DNA of 58,102 nucleotides, filler included, from Dugesia japonica (Eukaryota): NCBI GenBank assembly GCA_001938525.1. It is 5 parts of 5 records of this genome, joined end to end, with 100 filler letters (N's around TTAATTAATTAA, not from the genome) between each part and the next. Parts side by side here need not be neighbours in the genome. Positions count along the whole stretch, not along the records: positions 22,845 to 35,032 come from MQRL01648127.1; positions 35,133 to 49,435 come from MQRL01577807.1; 3 more parts are not named here. The stretch is one strand, 5' to 3'. Both the position numbers and the translations under genes were made by a program. The first letter of the stretch is position 1, and the number at the start of each line of letters is the position of its first letter. The notes beneath the pieces are model-generated. The model worked only from the letters and a program-made list of their open reading frames with translations. It searched no databases and was not told the origin of the DNA. Shown here in pieces: positions 28,002-40,719 of this stretch.

Positions 28002-29370
28002 CAGTGGTGGCTCAAAAAAGTTTTTTTAACCATCGCGCCCTAGATAGATGTAATTTATGTCTCTCCTCTATTCTTCCCGTGTATCGAAAAAACAAATATT
28101 ACATTGAAAAAATTGTTTTTATATTAAATTTACATTACATTAATTAAATTTTAAGAATTACATAAATACCATATATTTCTGTAAATAAAAAAGTTAAACA
28201 ATTAATTCAATTCATTTTTCTAAATCTAAAAATATTTATTAATTGTAATTTTATGTTTTGCTTTAAACTTACTATATTTAGATTGTTGTTTTTACCTACA
28301 TTATGTAAAAAACAATAATTAATTGTTTTATAACTTTTTTTATCTTTTACTTACATTTTTATATTTAAAAAAGTTTAATTTTTCTAAACTTTGGTTTAGC
28401 AAAGTCATCAACATAATCTTCAATATTAATGCTTTGGGCTATTTCATCTTCAATTGACAGTGTCGCCAAGCCTACAACCCGTTCTTAAGTCATTGTTAAA
28501 TGAAGATAAGTTTTTATTAATTTAAGTTTTGAAAAACTTCTTTCGCAACTTGCTACTGTAACAGGTAGCGTTAAAAGTATCCTTAAACTAATAAAAACAT
28601 TTGAATAAATATCGGACAATATTTTTTCACAAATACAATGTAGGGCATCTTTCGGTGACGAATTTTGTTCAACTCGTTTTGAAATAGATTGTAGTTCATT
28701 ACATAAATCCNCTGCTTCAATGTACTTCGATCCNTTGTGGCTTAATGTTGATTCAAACTTAGTTCACGACGCATACAATTCCTGTGTTTTTGCTTTTTGT
28801 GGGCTGTGAATTTCAAAAATAAACCCAAAAACTGATTCAAGATTTTGCATCTGTTCAAATCGATCGTTAACAGTGTTAATTGCTGTATCAACGACTACAA
28901 AATAAAAATCAACTTTAAAATAAAAGTATCGCGGATATATATTTCCAGTCACTGCAACCATATTCAGCGACGGATGTAGACGTTTTTTTCTCCTTCTCAC
29001 ATAGTTTACAGCAAAAACAAAACAACGAATCTGCAGTAAGTGAATATTGTAACCAATTTCTATTTGTTACTTCACCATTAACAAGTCTTTTTTTATAATT
29101 GAAGTTGGAAAATTTTCGATTATTAGAGTCACTTGGATATGAAATATCATGAATTGTTTGCCATCAATTAAGAATAATCATGCAGCGTACTGTGCCACTG
29201 CATTTTGTTGGCCATGTACCAGGATCCATGTAGTCGTATTCTAATGTTAAGTGGTTTTCACATTCCTTATTATTTTCATTTAAAGGGGCTTCAGCATCAA
29301 TAGAAAATTCCCGATTCTCTGTAATGTAGATATTTTCACTAACACTTTTATTGTTTTGGTTTAAGCATGT
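28002..29370 (-). mobile_element. hAT transposon remnant (C-terminal dimerisation domain and one end)
   Basis: LRILLTLPVTVASCERSFSKLKLIK...LATLSIE...DDFAK at ~28375-28620 and FYFVVVDTAINTVNDRFEQ. End begins CAGTGGTGG at 28002. Confidence 0.85.
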
Positions 29371-29371
29371 A

Positions 29372-29851
29372 CACCCATCCCTCGCTTAACACGATACTCG
29401 CTTAACACGGTTTCGTTTTAACACGGTTTTTGACAAACAGTTTTGTTCGATTAAATCTTGCCTTGCAGACGTGCACACAGCGTGTTGGAATTTCATAGAA
29501 TAACGTTTAGGGTATATCTGGATAATAACTGTCCATTTTAAAAGTAAAAAAAAATAGTATCTGAAAANNNNNNNNNNNNNNNNNNNNNNNNNNNNNNNNN
29601 NNNNNNNNNNNNNNNNNNNNNNNNNNNNNNNCCAATAAAAAGAAGGAAGATCCCCATATTAATATCTTCTAGTGAGAGTGACATTGAATAATATCTTTTA
29701 TCTGTTTTCATAATGTTTCAAAAAATTTTTAGTCCTATCTACCAATTTCTTAATTATTTCTAAAATAGAACCTATACTCTCTTTTTCATATACACCCATC
29801 CCTCGCTTAACACGGAAGATAGGTTCTGCTAGATCACCGTGTTAAGCGAGA
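29372..29851. mobile_element. Two Tigger/pogo-like termini in the same orientation
   Basis: TA+CACCCATCCCTCGCTTAACACG at 29372 and 29793, with subterminal TTAACACG repeats and an inverted CGTGTTAAGCGAG. Confidence 0.6.
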
Positions 29852-31442
29852 CTAACAAATATATGTGTTATTGTACAAAATAAAAATATTTAAATTAAAA
29901 ATCCAATGGTTTTCTATTAATATAATGAATATTTAAAAACTTCATGTAATTACTGAAAATCGATGATAATAAATATTTATAAGAATTAAATATTCAAAAA
30001 ATAAAGAACAATCAATAAAAATATTCACTAATTGTGCATTTTTATGTCTATTGTTTATAATAAAAGTTCAACAGAATAAATTTCGACGAAAAATAAAAAG
30101 AAATTATTTACAAATAAGTTTCACATAATAATTATAATAATAAAAGTAATTATCAAATGAATCAAATAAAATGTCTTATCAAGTTTATTAAATTGTGATT
30201 TATCTTCTATCAAATTTATTTAGCTGGATTCATTAGTGAATGTCAAATATTGATTGAGTAGGTGATGAATCTTGAGGTCTCGAATCGAATATTTGTATTT
30301 GTAATTTGGGTGTTGTTTGATGTTATGTTTTTTGTGTGATTGTATGTGTGTGTATATTGTTGTATGTATTTTTTAATAGTTGTTTTCTCTAACAGTTATA
30401 TATAATTTCCGATGCACACATAAAAAATTCCTCTAAAACCATTGCAAATTCCTTGGCACAGGAAATTATTAAAAAAATGCGCCCGTAAATGTTTCTGAAA
30501 AAATGTATCTCAAGATGTATCACAAGATGCATTGAAATACATAGATCGCACTATAATTACATCAGATCCTGATCCTTTAAAACACTTGATTGAAAGAATG
30601 CCAGAAACCAAATACATCCCATAAAAATGATTGTAGGCAAAATTTAAAAGAAGATTTTAAAAAGCTACAATCATTTCAACAGCAGACGAAAAAATTGGAT
30701 GCATTATTCAATTCATTGATGACAATGCAACCGATATCCACACAAGCGTAGATAGAGGAGCATGGGGGCGCCAAAATGGTGTTTGAAATATTTGTATTTT
30801 GTATTTTTTGTATCGTTTTAATATGATATCTATCAAGATTGATGGTTCGTCACTCTCTTGCAGTCAGATTTTTGTTATGCACTATCAATCTTATTGTGTG
30901 AATTTAATATTGCTAAACCTAGTCTTTAGACTACAGATTTCGAAACCTATGACCAGAAACATACATCCTATTTAGATATAGTATTTCGTTTGTATTACTT
31001 CTTGCTTGACTAATCACATGTTNNNNNNNNNNNNNNNNNNNNNNNNNNNNNNNNNNNNNNNNNNNNNNNNNNNNNNNNNNNNNNNNNNNNNNNNNNNNNN
31101 NNNCGCAAAATATGAATCTTGTCCCCGAGTGCTAAACACACTAGCTACGCCTCTGCATCCACAGCAAAAGAAAGAGTTTTTTGTTCTACGCGAATTATAA
31201 AATTCAAAACCACGTACTAATTTGAAATTTGAGACATTTAATTCTCTATTATTTTTAAAATATATTTTTTTTAAAATGAAAGCAACTAATGAAATTAAAT
31301 AAGCTTATTTTTATTTATTTATACATATTAATTTGAATTATTAATATCTTTTTTGGTACATCTAAAAGTACTGGAGTATTCGAGTATTTAAAAATTTTAC
31401 TACTCGATACTCCAGTAGTTGAGATGTCGAGTAATTGGTGTC

Positions 31443-33490
31443 TAGACATTCCAACTATTCAAGGTTTTCAACTATTCGAATAACGAATAGAAAAATTTTA
31501 AAAATATTCGATTATTTGAATATTCGAATAATTTACTAAAACTTTAAAAAACATTATCAAAAATAAATATTATAGTAATAAAATTATTAAAAAACAGTTA
31601 AATATTTTTTTTTACTTTTACTATAGAAGTATCTGCTAATGCGAACGTCAAAACTGACTTTACTGATTTGTATCAGTTAGTGATTAATCAGTGATCTGAA
31701 GGATAGTTGTACCGAAAACGGGAACTTTTAATAAAAGGTAAAAAAGTAAATGGTAAATAAAAGGAAGATCACACAAGACTATTAGTTATTTACATGTTTT
31801 ATTTATTACTTTTAAACAGATATTTTAAAAATAGAAGGGAATTGAAAGTCTCTAAATTTAACTTTGATCTCCTTTTAAATTTTATTGCATCTGCTGTTGA
31901 AAACACTCTTTCAGATGCTGTTGAGGTAGGTCGTATAGTAATCAATGCGTTATATGAGATATCCAGCGTTGCCGACCGTTTTTTGAATAAATCAAATTAG
32001 CGAAATTCTTTTTTCAGTTCATTATATTTATTATTTGTTTCAATATTAACATTACATTTTTCTGTAATGGAACTTATTGCATTTTGCAATTCTTTTCGTA
32101 ATCCAGCTGGTGATCATAATTCTATTACATCATCGTTGAAGATGATGTGGAATTATCATTATTAATTTCTTCAATTAATATTCCTGGATATATTTGTTTC
32201 AAATGTTTTCCAGCAAATGAAATTGCTGCATTTTTTGAAGAATATTGAAAATAATCGTTGGAACTTTGTACATTTCCACCATGTAAATAAATTATAAGTG
32301 CAATTAAAACTGAATCTCTTTTTTCATTCATCCTTCTTTTAATAGCACATAGCAACTTCTCTGCGATATTAGTTTGGAAAGGTTGCAACTTTTCAAAGAA
32401 AAATTTGTAAACTCTCTCAACTTTTATGAGATCTGCATTATGTTTGCTCAATTCACTAACGGCATTTTCAATTGGCTACAGAACATCAACAAGGTTTTGT
32501 AGAACGAAAATATCATTTTCTGAAATTTATTCTAAATTTAATTTCACTAAGGATTAATTGACACATTCTGATAAAATTAAAAATCGTCGAATCATTACAA
32601 TCAAAGAATTTCATCTTGTTTTGATGTCCAATTTAAAATTCAGTTTTTTCCTCATTTTTTGAACTATATTTTGTTGCACAAAAGAGTGCTTTAACGATGA
32701 GTTTTTAAATATTCTTATAACATCTCTTAACCAATTTGACCAAAATCAATACTCAATATCATAGCATCTTTATTTTCTTCAACAAACTCTAAATTGTTAT
32801 CCTAATACTGATCTTCTGTGAAATCTTCTTCTACATCATATTCAATTTCATCATCAAAAAACATTTTGATATCGTCCAAGTCCAATGCTTCACTAGGAGT
32901 AGAATTTATTGGTACATAATAACAGTCCATTACGGCCAAATGGAGTGCATGATTATTGCAAAGCTGATTTAAAACATCTAATATTTTCCCATATATTTTC
33001 ATTACAGCTGCTGATTCATTAGTTGATGCAATAACACCACTTTTTAAAGAAATGCCAAAGTTTGCTAGCTTAGCTTCAATTAAATGTTTAATAGTTTCTG
33101 CATTTCCCTGCTTAACTATTTCCGTTAAGCCCAGTACATATCATTCAACTTTTTTTGATTCTATTCCAAGTTCATGAACTGTTACGTTTACATATCGTAA
33201 GATAGTGCAATTTGTCCATTCATCCACAGTACTAGCAAATTTACGATTTGCTTTTATAAATTTTTCAAATTTATTTCGCAGTTCAATACATTTTTCTTTA
33301 TAAACGCTGATGATGCATTTTGAAATAGTTGTTGGACTTTTTGGCATTTTATAACCTTTTAGTTGCATGTATTCAGCTATTGCATAGGATCTGCTTATTA
33401 TTTTTTTCATTATTTTCATAATTTTCTTTATACTTTTCACTTGATACAGATTATGATATAAATCTGTTGATTCGTAACTTCAAATGATTA
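31443..33490 (-). mobile_element. hAT transposon with fragmented transposase
   Basis: STVDEWT (first D), CNNHALHLAV (CxxH), DIKTR*NSL and RPTSTASERVFS (catalytic E) in order across broken ORFs. TATTCGAA subterminal repeats at 31455-31530. Confidence 0.88.
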
Positions 33491-34534
33491 ATCATAAGAG
33501 TGGTCGTACTTCTACATCCTACGTTCGCGTTACAGGTACCACATGGGGCTTCACCATTTTTTTTCGTCTTTTTTAAAAAACTTCCACACCTCGGATTTTT
33601 AAACATGGCTAAAAATCTAAATATATAATTATGTAAGATAATCTAACAAACTTTAATTTACCTTTCAAAGATAAGAAATATCCAAAATAATTAATAAAAC
33701 AATCAGTGACGTAGCCAGGAATATATGAAGGGGGCTTTTAAATTTTTGTCAAAATTTTTGTTTTCGTTTACTAACATAAAACAACAAGGACGCCAAGTAT
33801 TAAATAATGACGTCATTAGCTGATTCTTTAAAGTACAGAGACAACGTATGGGACATCAGAAAAAAATAAATAATTACAGTGTACTAAGAGTATAGAGTAC
33901 AAACAGGTGTTACAGTATTACTGTAAATAAATTAATAAAAATAAACATGAAAATCTTTATACCAGTCTGCTGAAAATTTCCTGGGGATTATTTTTGGTAA
34001 AATTTTTATTTTTTTGAAAAGCTTTTTCTCAAAATTTGATAATAGACCATATATTCGATAGAGAACTTTACGCTGATCACAAATATCATAGTTAAAAATT
34101 GTCAAAACTTATCCATTATGAAATAAAATTTAAAAACCAATATTTTTATAAATAAATCAAAAAAGTATGCAATTAAGGGACCAATGCGATCGCTCTTAAA
34201 TTTCTCTGACAATATTAATGTAAGATGTTCATTAAAAACTCTCCCTAAAATATAAATATTTAAATTTCAATTATCCCCTTAAAAGTTTGATATTAATAGC
34301 TCTCAGATGAACATTAAAATATACAACAAATTAAATGATAATGATAAAACATAACATTTGTTCTGCAAACATTTATTCAATAGAACATTTTATGGATGGT
34401 TGATATTTGATCTCAATCTTAAATGGAATTACTAAGAAATTAAATCTAATAATACCAAATAACTAATAAAATCATTACTTTTAACGGAACTTGATCGAAT
34501 CTGAGTCTTATTCCCTACGTGATAAAAACTACTC

Positions 34535-35032
34535 TAGTGTGCATATGGTAAACTTGCATTTTTTATGTATCTTTACTTGTTTGTCGTCATTATTAGTAAA
34601 TGCGACTTTAGGTTACTTAAAACTGCATAATTGGTGGTTTTTTGTTCCTATTCTGAAATCATCTACTGAAACCAATTGATTATTGTTATAACAATCTAGA
34701 TTCGGTTTATGGTTGATGTAGGTATCTTTTAATGTTACACCCTTAGGCTTTATGATAAGGTCTATTAACACTTTAGTCTCGGAAAAACCCCATTCTTTGT
34801 ATTTCTTTCATTTATTCTTGTGTTTAAATTTTTCTATCATAGAATTAAAGTTGTCACTGAAAATTGGATGTTTTCTACTATAGTTTGAAGTGTTCAATAA
34901 CTTACCTAGCACCATTACACCAAGTACTTTTTCCAACTTTATGTCTTTAACTTTTGAGAAAAGCTATCAAAGTCATTAGCTAAAATATTAATCACACATT
35001 TCTTATTTCTCTTATATTTCTCAAGCTCGATG
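34535..35032 (-). pseudogene. Polinton/Maverick-type protein-primed DNA polymerase B, C-terminal remnant
   Basis: ILANDFDSF (DTDS-like), LNTSNYSRKHPIFS...IEKFK, KPKGV, IGTKNHQL...KVAFTNNDDK and SLPYAH* in the order known for Maverick pPolB C-termini. Confidence 0.7.
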
Positions 35033-38000
35033 NNNNNNNNNNNNNNNNNNNNNNNNNNNNNNNNNNNNNNNNNNNNTTAATTAATTAANNNNNNNNNNNN
35101 NNNNNNNNNNNNNNNNNNNNNNNNNNNNNNNNATCAATTCTTCGTTTACTCGACAGCTTTTACAACTTTATTTTCTTTTTATTGTTTTATCCTAGATTTT
35201 GTTCAAAAATATATGTCACACATGCCTTGAAAAGAAATGAAATAATATGGTGGTTATGTGGAGTGGCAAAAGAAAAATTCTGATGGTGGCGTTAGTGGAA
35301 TAAACTGATGAAAAAAAATATTTTTTATATAGGTATTGGATAACGACAATAGAAGAGACATTAAAATCTAATAATGACATTCTTAGAATTGAGTAGCTAT
35401 TATTGAAAAATGAGAGATAAATTTAACCATCATTAAAGTAGCGAAAATCACTAGTAATCTAACATAATAATTATCCCAGTAGTAATTTAAATGTCGCTAA
35501 ATACACTGGTAATAATTTGTAATAATTATTATAAAACCATGAATCTTATAACTATTCGTCATTACTGATTTCAATGTCAACTCTGGCATAGACGACCCAA
35601 AAAGAAAAATAAAAACTTCATGTGTTAAAAATGATAGCAATTATTAGCAATGATTATAATAATCAATAATGATACTATTAATGATGGTGCTAGAACTAAT
35701 AATGATAGCCATTAGAATAGTGATAAATTGTCGTAATAATAAACCTGGCAAGGCCTTAATTGAGTATGACTTAATCATGATGATATAACCACTGTGAAAT
35801 AATTAGTCAGATAGAATTAATACGAATAATTAATTTACTGTCAAATAACTAGCAGTGATTGATGGTAGATAAGATTGCAACATGAACAGACTGGCCTATT
35901 TCCAGTAGTAACGAGGAAACAAAAAAAATTACTTCTAACGGTTTAGTGACGTCACTTTCGATCAGACTATCCATCGTATCCAGAAAAAAATCACAATCCG
36001 AGGTTCATTAATCTCAACACCAGTTACTTTGCCCATATGAAATAGCCGAACTATCCTATTAGTGTAAAGCCTTCCATTAACACGATTTGTCTAAGTTGAC
36101 TGCAAGACACACACCTGCAGNGATAGGTTACTCACTCAATAATAGTTCTGTCTTTCTTAACAGAAATCCACTGATCAATGGGTGTCAAAGCGTGTTGGTG
36201 TGTCGAAAGAAATATTTTCCAGTGAGTGACTGATTCACCATCATCAATGCATTTATGACGCCGTGCTCCATTACTTCATTATGCACAACGTATTGTGTTA
36301 TTTTTACGGTGAATTTATTGATCGTCTGCAAGTGGAGAGTTTTTTATTATGAATTTCAACTGGGCTTAACATTGTTTGTAGCCCTATCGGCTACAGTAAA
36401 CATTCATGTTTAATTCTGATAATTAAAGCATCAGGGAAGCACACTGTCGCCCTGAGCAAAGTGCTGTGTTGCATACACGATCATTACTGTTGAGATCACC
36501 TATTGTAAAGTAATATCATAGCCGTTGGGTAACAACATTAATTAAAAAAAATTTTTATTATAGGTAAAATAAATTTATATCAAACATTTTTTTAACAATC
36601 TCGTTTCATGAGACATAAAATATAATGATAAATAAATTACTTTTATCGTTAACAATTTCAGGCCAGCTGCAACGGGTTGTTTTCTAATTTAGAGGCTGTG
36701 AACGATTTCAATTTCCCTGGTAGTAGACTTCTTGATTCACTATCTCTTCTTCTCTTTTTTAAATCAAAGTAAGTTTNNNNNNNNNNNNNNNNNNNNNNNN
36801 NNNNNNNNNNNNNNNNNNNNNNNNNNTTAACAGAAATCCACTGATCAATGGGTGTCAAAGCGTGTTGGTGTGTCGAAAGAAATATTTTCCAGTGAGTGAC
36901 CTATTCACCATCATCAATGCATTTATGACGCCGTGCTCCATTACTTCATTATGCACAAAGTATTGTGTTATTTTTACGGTGAATTTATTGATCGTCTGCA
37001 AGTGGAGAGTTTTCTATTCTGAATTTCAACTGGGCTTAACATTGTTTGTAGCCCTATTGGCTACAGTAAACATTCATGTTTAATTCTGATAATTAAAGCA
37101 TCAGGGAAGCACACTGTCGCCCTGAGCGAAGTGCTGTGTTGCATACACGATCATTACTGTTGAGATCATCTATTGTAAAGTAATATCATAGCCGTTAGGT
37201 AACAACATTAATTAAAAAAAAATTTTTATTATAGGTAAAATAAATTTATATCAAACATTTTTTTTAACAATCTCGTTTCATGAGACATAAAATATATCAT
37301 TAAATAACATTATATGTTTGGTCGCTTTTCAAATTCAAATAAATATTTTGTTACTACAAAATTTTATAATTTCCATAATCACTCGGGATAATCANNNNNN
37401 NNNNNNNNNNNNNNNNNNNNNNNNNNNNNNNNNNNNNNNNNNNNNNNNNNNNNNNNNNNNNNNNNNNNNNNNNNNNNNNNNNNNNNNNNNNNNNNNNNNN
37501 NNNNNNNNNNNNNNNNNNNNNNNNNNNNNNNNNNNNNNNNNNNNNNNNNNNNNNNNNNNNNNNNNNNNNNNNNNNNNNNNNNNNNNNNNNNNNNNNNNNN
37601 NNNNNNNNNNNNNNNNNNNNNNNNNNNNNNNNNNNNNNNNNNNNNNNNNNNNNNNNNNNNNNAAAAAATAACCATTAAATAATAAACATATAAATTCAAA
37701 ACATTTTTTACAACAAAGTAATGACAAATATTTATTAAGATTTCATCATTTCCTCATGAATGTCAATAAAATCTTCAATTATTTGTTTGAGGATTACAAA
37801 CTTGCATTTTTCACATAACCAAATTCCTTTTTCGATGTTATTGTTATAAACTTTGATTATAGATTTAATATCTGTTCCAAAACAATCATAGACTTTGATC
37901 CAATATTTTTATGGATTCCAGTTTTGTGTTAAATTCTTTGGATTTCTAAATTTGTTTTCTTAAATGGTTTTTATAATTTCTTAAAAACTTTTTTATTTGT

Positions 38001-38712
38001 TAAATGAAAAAAAAATATAAAGCCTGGTTTAAGGCTTTTCTCTTCAGGATATTGAAATTCATCGTCTTTAGAATCAACATACCAATTTTCATCATCTGAT
38101 TTCTCTTCTAAATCGAAATATTCTCTTTCATCTTCGCTACTAATAGGCCTTGATTCATTTTCCATTAAATTTCAAATTTGTTTGTTCATTATTCTTATAA
38201 GTATATTTAATTCGATTTAGTTTATATTTTCTAAAAGTTAGTATTATTTTTTCATATATTTTTTATGATTTTATAGTCACATTGGATTAAAGTTTAAATG
38301 TTTATTTCTTACTTTATTTTAACCAGTTTTTGTATAATTAAGCCGGACTTTCCAATATTTTGCACAATTTACGCTATTTTACCATATGCTCCATAAATTT
38401 CTATATTTTACCCTGTTTTATCGATTTTATTTTTATTTTATTTTAATTATTTCTTTTATTATTATTGTTGGGGTTCCACCTGAGTTGAGTGAAGAAAATG
38501 TGGCTGGGGAAAATCAGCCCTCAGGGAACCTTTCCAAGAATTTAACCTAACGCCCCTAGGTTAGGTATTCAGTTTATGGTGGTTGACCTCTCGCTTAATG
38601 GGAGGTGCGCGCCCATAGGCCTTTGGATTTGGGCTCACTACTTTCCCTATTACCACGAATTTACTAAAGGTTAGAATGAGTCGAACAATAAAAACTTTAT
38701 TTTACATGAAAA

Positions 38713-38911
38713 TTATATGAGATCAAATGCACCCGGGTCTAACCACTGGGCTGGATCGGTCGTCAAAAAGTTGAACGGCGCCGAATCGTCATTATCGTCC
38801 TATTGGACCCATGCAGAGTTTCCTAGTTGACGGGAGAGATCGGCAATATACTGTTTTAAAAATTCTATTTTGCGTTGCAACAGTAAATTTGTTTCTTGTG
38901 TGAGAGCCTTA
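38713..38911 (-). pseudogene. Element ORF4 (copy B), 3' part; 5' part lies in a gap
   Basis: KALTQETNLLLQRKIEFLKQYIADLSRQLGNSAWVQ*DDNDDSAPFNFLTTDPSQWLDPGAFDLI*, with a premature TAG. Confidence 0.75.
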
Positions 38912-39204
38912 NNNNNNNNNNNNNNNNNNNNNNNNNNNNNNNNNNNNNNNNNNNNNNNNNNNNNNNNNNNNNNNNNNNNNNNNNNNNNNNNNNNNNNNNN
39001 NNNNNNNNNNNNNNNNNNNNNNNNNNNNNNNNNNNNNNNNNNNNNNNNNNNNNNNNNNNNNNNNNNNNNNNNNNNNNNNNNNNNNNNNNNNNNNNNNNNN
39101 NNNNNNNNNNTCGGCGACAGATAGGTCAATTAACTAAGCAAAAGTGATAGAATTAAAAAAAAAACATTTTAATATCAAAACATTTATTTAGGCAATGGCA
39201 GATA

Positions 39205-39651
39205 TTAAGTTCTCGAAGCCTGGGTACCCTTGTCAACTATCAATGGTTCGAGGGGCATTGCAGTTTTCAATTTGTGAATATCCTGAACCAGTTTATTCTC
39301 TCGGTCTTGGTAGGACCGGATAATCTCAGTGAACGACTCTAATTGAGCCTTCCAGATTCTCTCTTGCTGGTGGGATGCTTCAGCCTTGGCTTTAAAAGCC
39401 AAACATTTCTTTTTATAACGACCTATTTTGGCCTCAGCAGATGCTGTACTGGCCTCCCATCGCCGTTTTGCTAGTTTATATAGGTCCCACGTAATTTCGG
39501 CATCATCAATGGACTCTCGCATTTTCTTGGTTGGTGCAGTAGCGCGATTCAATGAAGAGTGCACTAGAAGAAAACGAACACAATACAAAGCCTTGGTGAG
39601 TAACACCGAATACTTACATTTATTGTTACCCGGTGGACAACTAACTATCAT
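39205..39651 (-). CDS. Element ORF3 (copy B), open; possible 54-bp intron 39617-39564
   Basis: Uninterrupted HSSLNR...KRRWEA...IIRSYQDRENKL...VDKGTQASRT. Consensus GTAAGT donor and ttcttctag acceptor in phase 1. Confidence 0.75.
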   Translation of the reverse strand: MIVSCPPGNNKCKYSVLLTKALYCVRFLLVHSSLNRATAPTKKMRESIDDAEITWDLYKLAKRRWEASTASAEAKIGRYKKKCLAFKAKAEASHQQERIWKAQLESFTEIIRSYQDRENKLVQDIHKLKTAMPLEPLIVDKGTQASRT

Positions 39652-39805
39652 TAATCTTAGTTTTAATATATGACAACTTCGGAATAAAAAGATTTAGTGA
39701 TAAGNNNNNNNNNNNNNNNNNNNNNNNNNNNNNNNNNNNNNNNNNNNNNNNNNNGGAATAATTAGTAATTTTATTTTAACACACAACAAAATTAATAGGA
39801 ACACA

Positions 39806-40153
39806 CTAATGGGTAAGAGTCGAATCTTTCACGGGTGCCATATTCTCTGAATCCTTGCTACCCGAGGGTTCTCTTACACCACATAATAAATTTTTAATAA
39901 AAGCTTGCACCGATGGGGGTGGGGCTACAAGTTGATAATGGAATGTCGTGACAAGGATTCGGTCCGGCCCCGTCCAGCTCTGATTATTTTGTCGTTCGCC
40001 AAAATCCTGGATTCTGGTGACGATGGCATCTACCGGTGGTAAGTTTGATCGGTCAGACAAAACACCTGCGTCGTGGTTATACGGATTCCTATGTCGCGGG
40101 AAAATTATGCAACGAGTCCTGCGGTCGATTACCCTCTCCCATATTTATTCCAT
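39806..40153 (-). pseudogene. Element ORF2 (copy B), stop at codon 3
   Basis: ME*IWERVIDRRTRCIIF... otherwise one open 116-codon frame. Confidence 0.8.
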
Positions 40154-40521
40154 TTCTGACTGAAAAATTAAAATTACCATCAACATAATACGATATTCGT
40201 AACATCAATAAATATAAAACAAAAGTAGTTAAATAATAAAAATAAGGGTAATCAACACTGAATTTTATTTTATGGTTCATAGACAGGTTCAATATCCAGG
40301 TCAATCTCCCAAGAGAAGGGATATAGTTCCTTAAAACACCTTAAATCCATTTCATCCCGGGAGAGAACAAGATGAGGGAATAGGAGGTGACCAATCAATT
40401 GCTTACGACGGGCCTGTTCTCTTTCTTGACGANNNNNNNNNNNNNNNNNNNNNNNNNNNNNNNNNNNNNNNNNNNNNNNNNNAAATAATAAAAATAAGGG
40501 TAATCAACACTGAATTTTATT

Positions 40522-40719
40522 TTATGGTTCATAGACAGGTTCAATATCCAGGTCAATCTCCCAAGAGAAGGGATATAGTTCCTTAAAACACCTTAAATCC
40601 ATTTCATCCGGGGAGAGAACAAGATGAGGGAATAGGAGGTGACCAATCAATTGCTTACGACGGGCCTGTTCTCTTTCTTGACCAATTAGGTTCAACGTCT
40701 CCCTCAGGATTGTAGCCAT
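40522..40719 (-). CDS. Element ORF1 (copy B), 65 aa, open
   Basis: Homologous to copies A and C. ttaattcag acceptor 4 nt before the ATG and AATAAA right after the stop. Confidence 0.7.
   Translation of the reverse strand: MATILRETLNLIGQEREQARRKQLIGHLLFPHLVLSPDEMDLRCFKELYPFSWEIDLDIEPVYEP

Larger units (their letters stand above)
27853..30394. mobile_element. Second, interrupted copy of the 1783-2693 family
   Basis: 27853-28000 aligns by eye with 1783-1930 (TCAACAA-TGCGTGAGTTTA, CTTAATATAGTTAxTATAAAT). 30270-30394 resembles 2610-2693 and ends TCTAACA. No TSD recovered. Confidence 0.5.

Noticed and set aside
36158-37295. ~470-bp near-identical direct duplication
   Set aside because: The copies straddle an N gap, so this is likely an uncollapsed haplotype or contig overlap. 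The same pattern occurs at ~1055-1230, ~9250-9413 and ~40230-40680, so the extra ORF1 in copy B is not counted.
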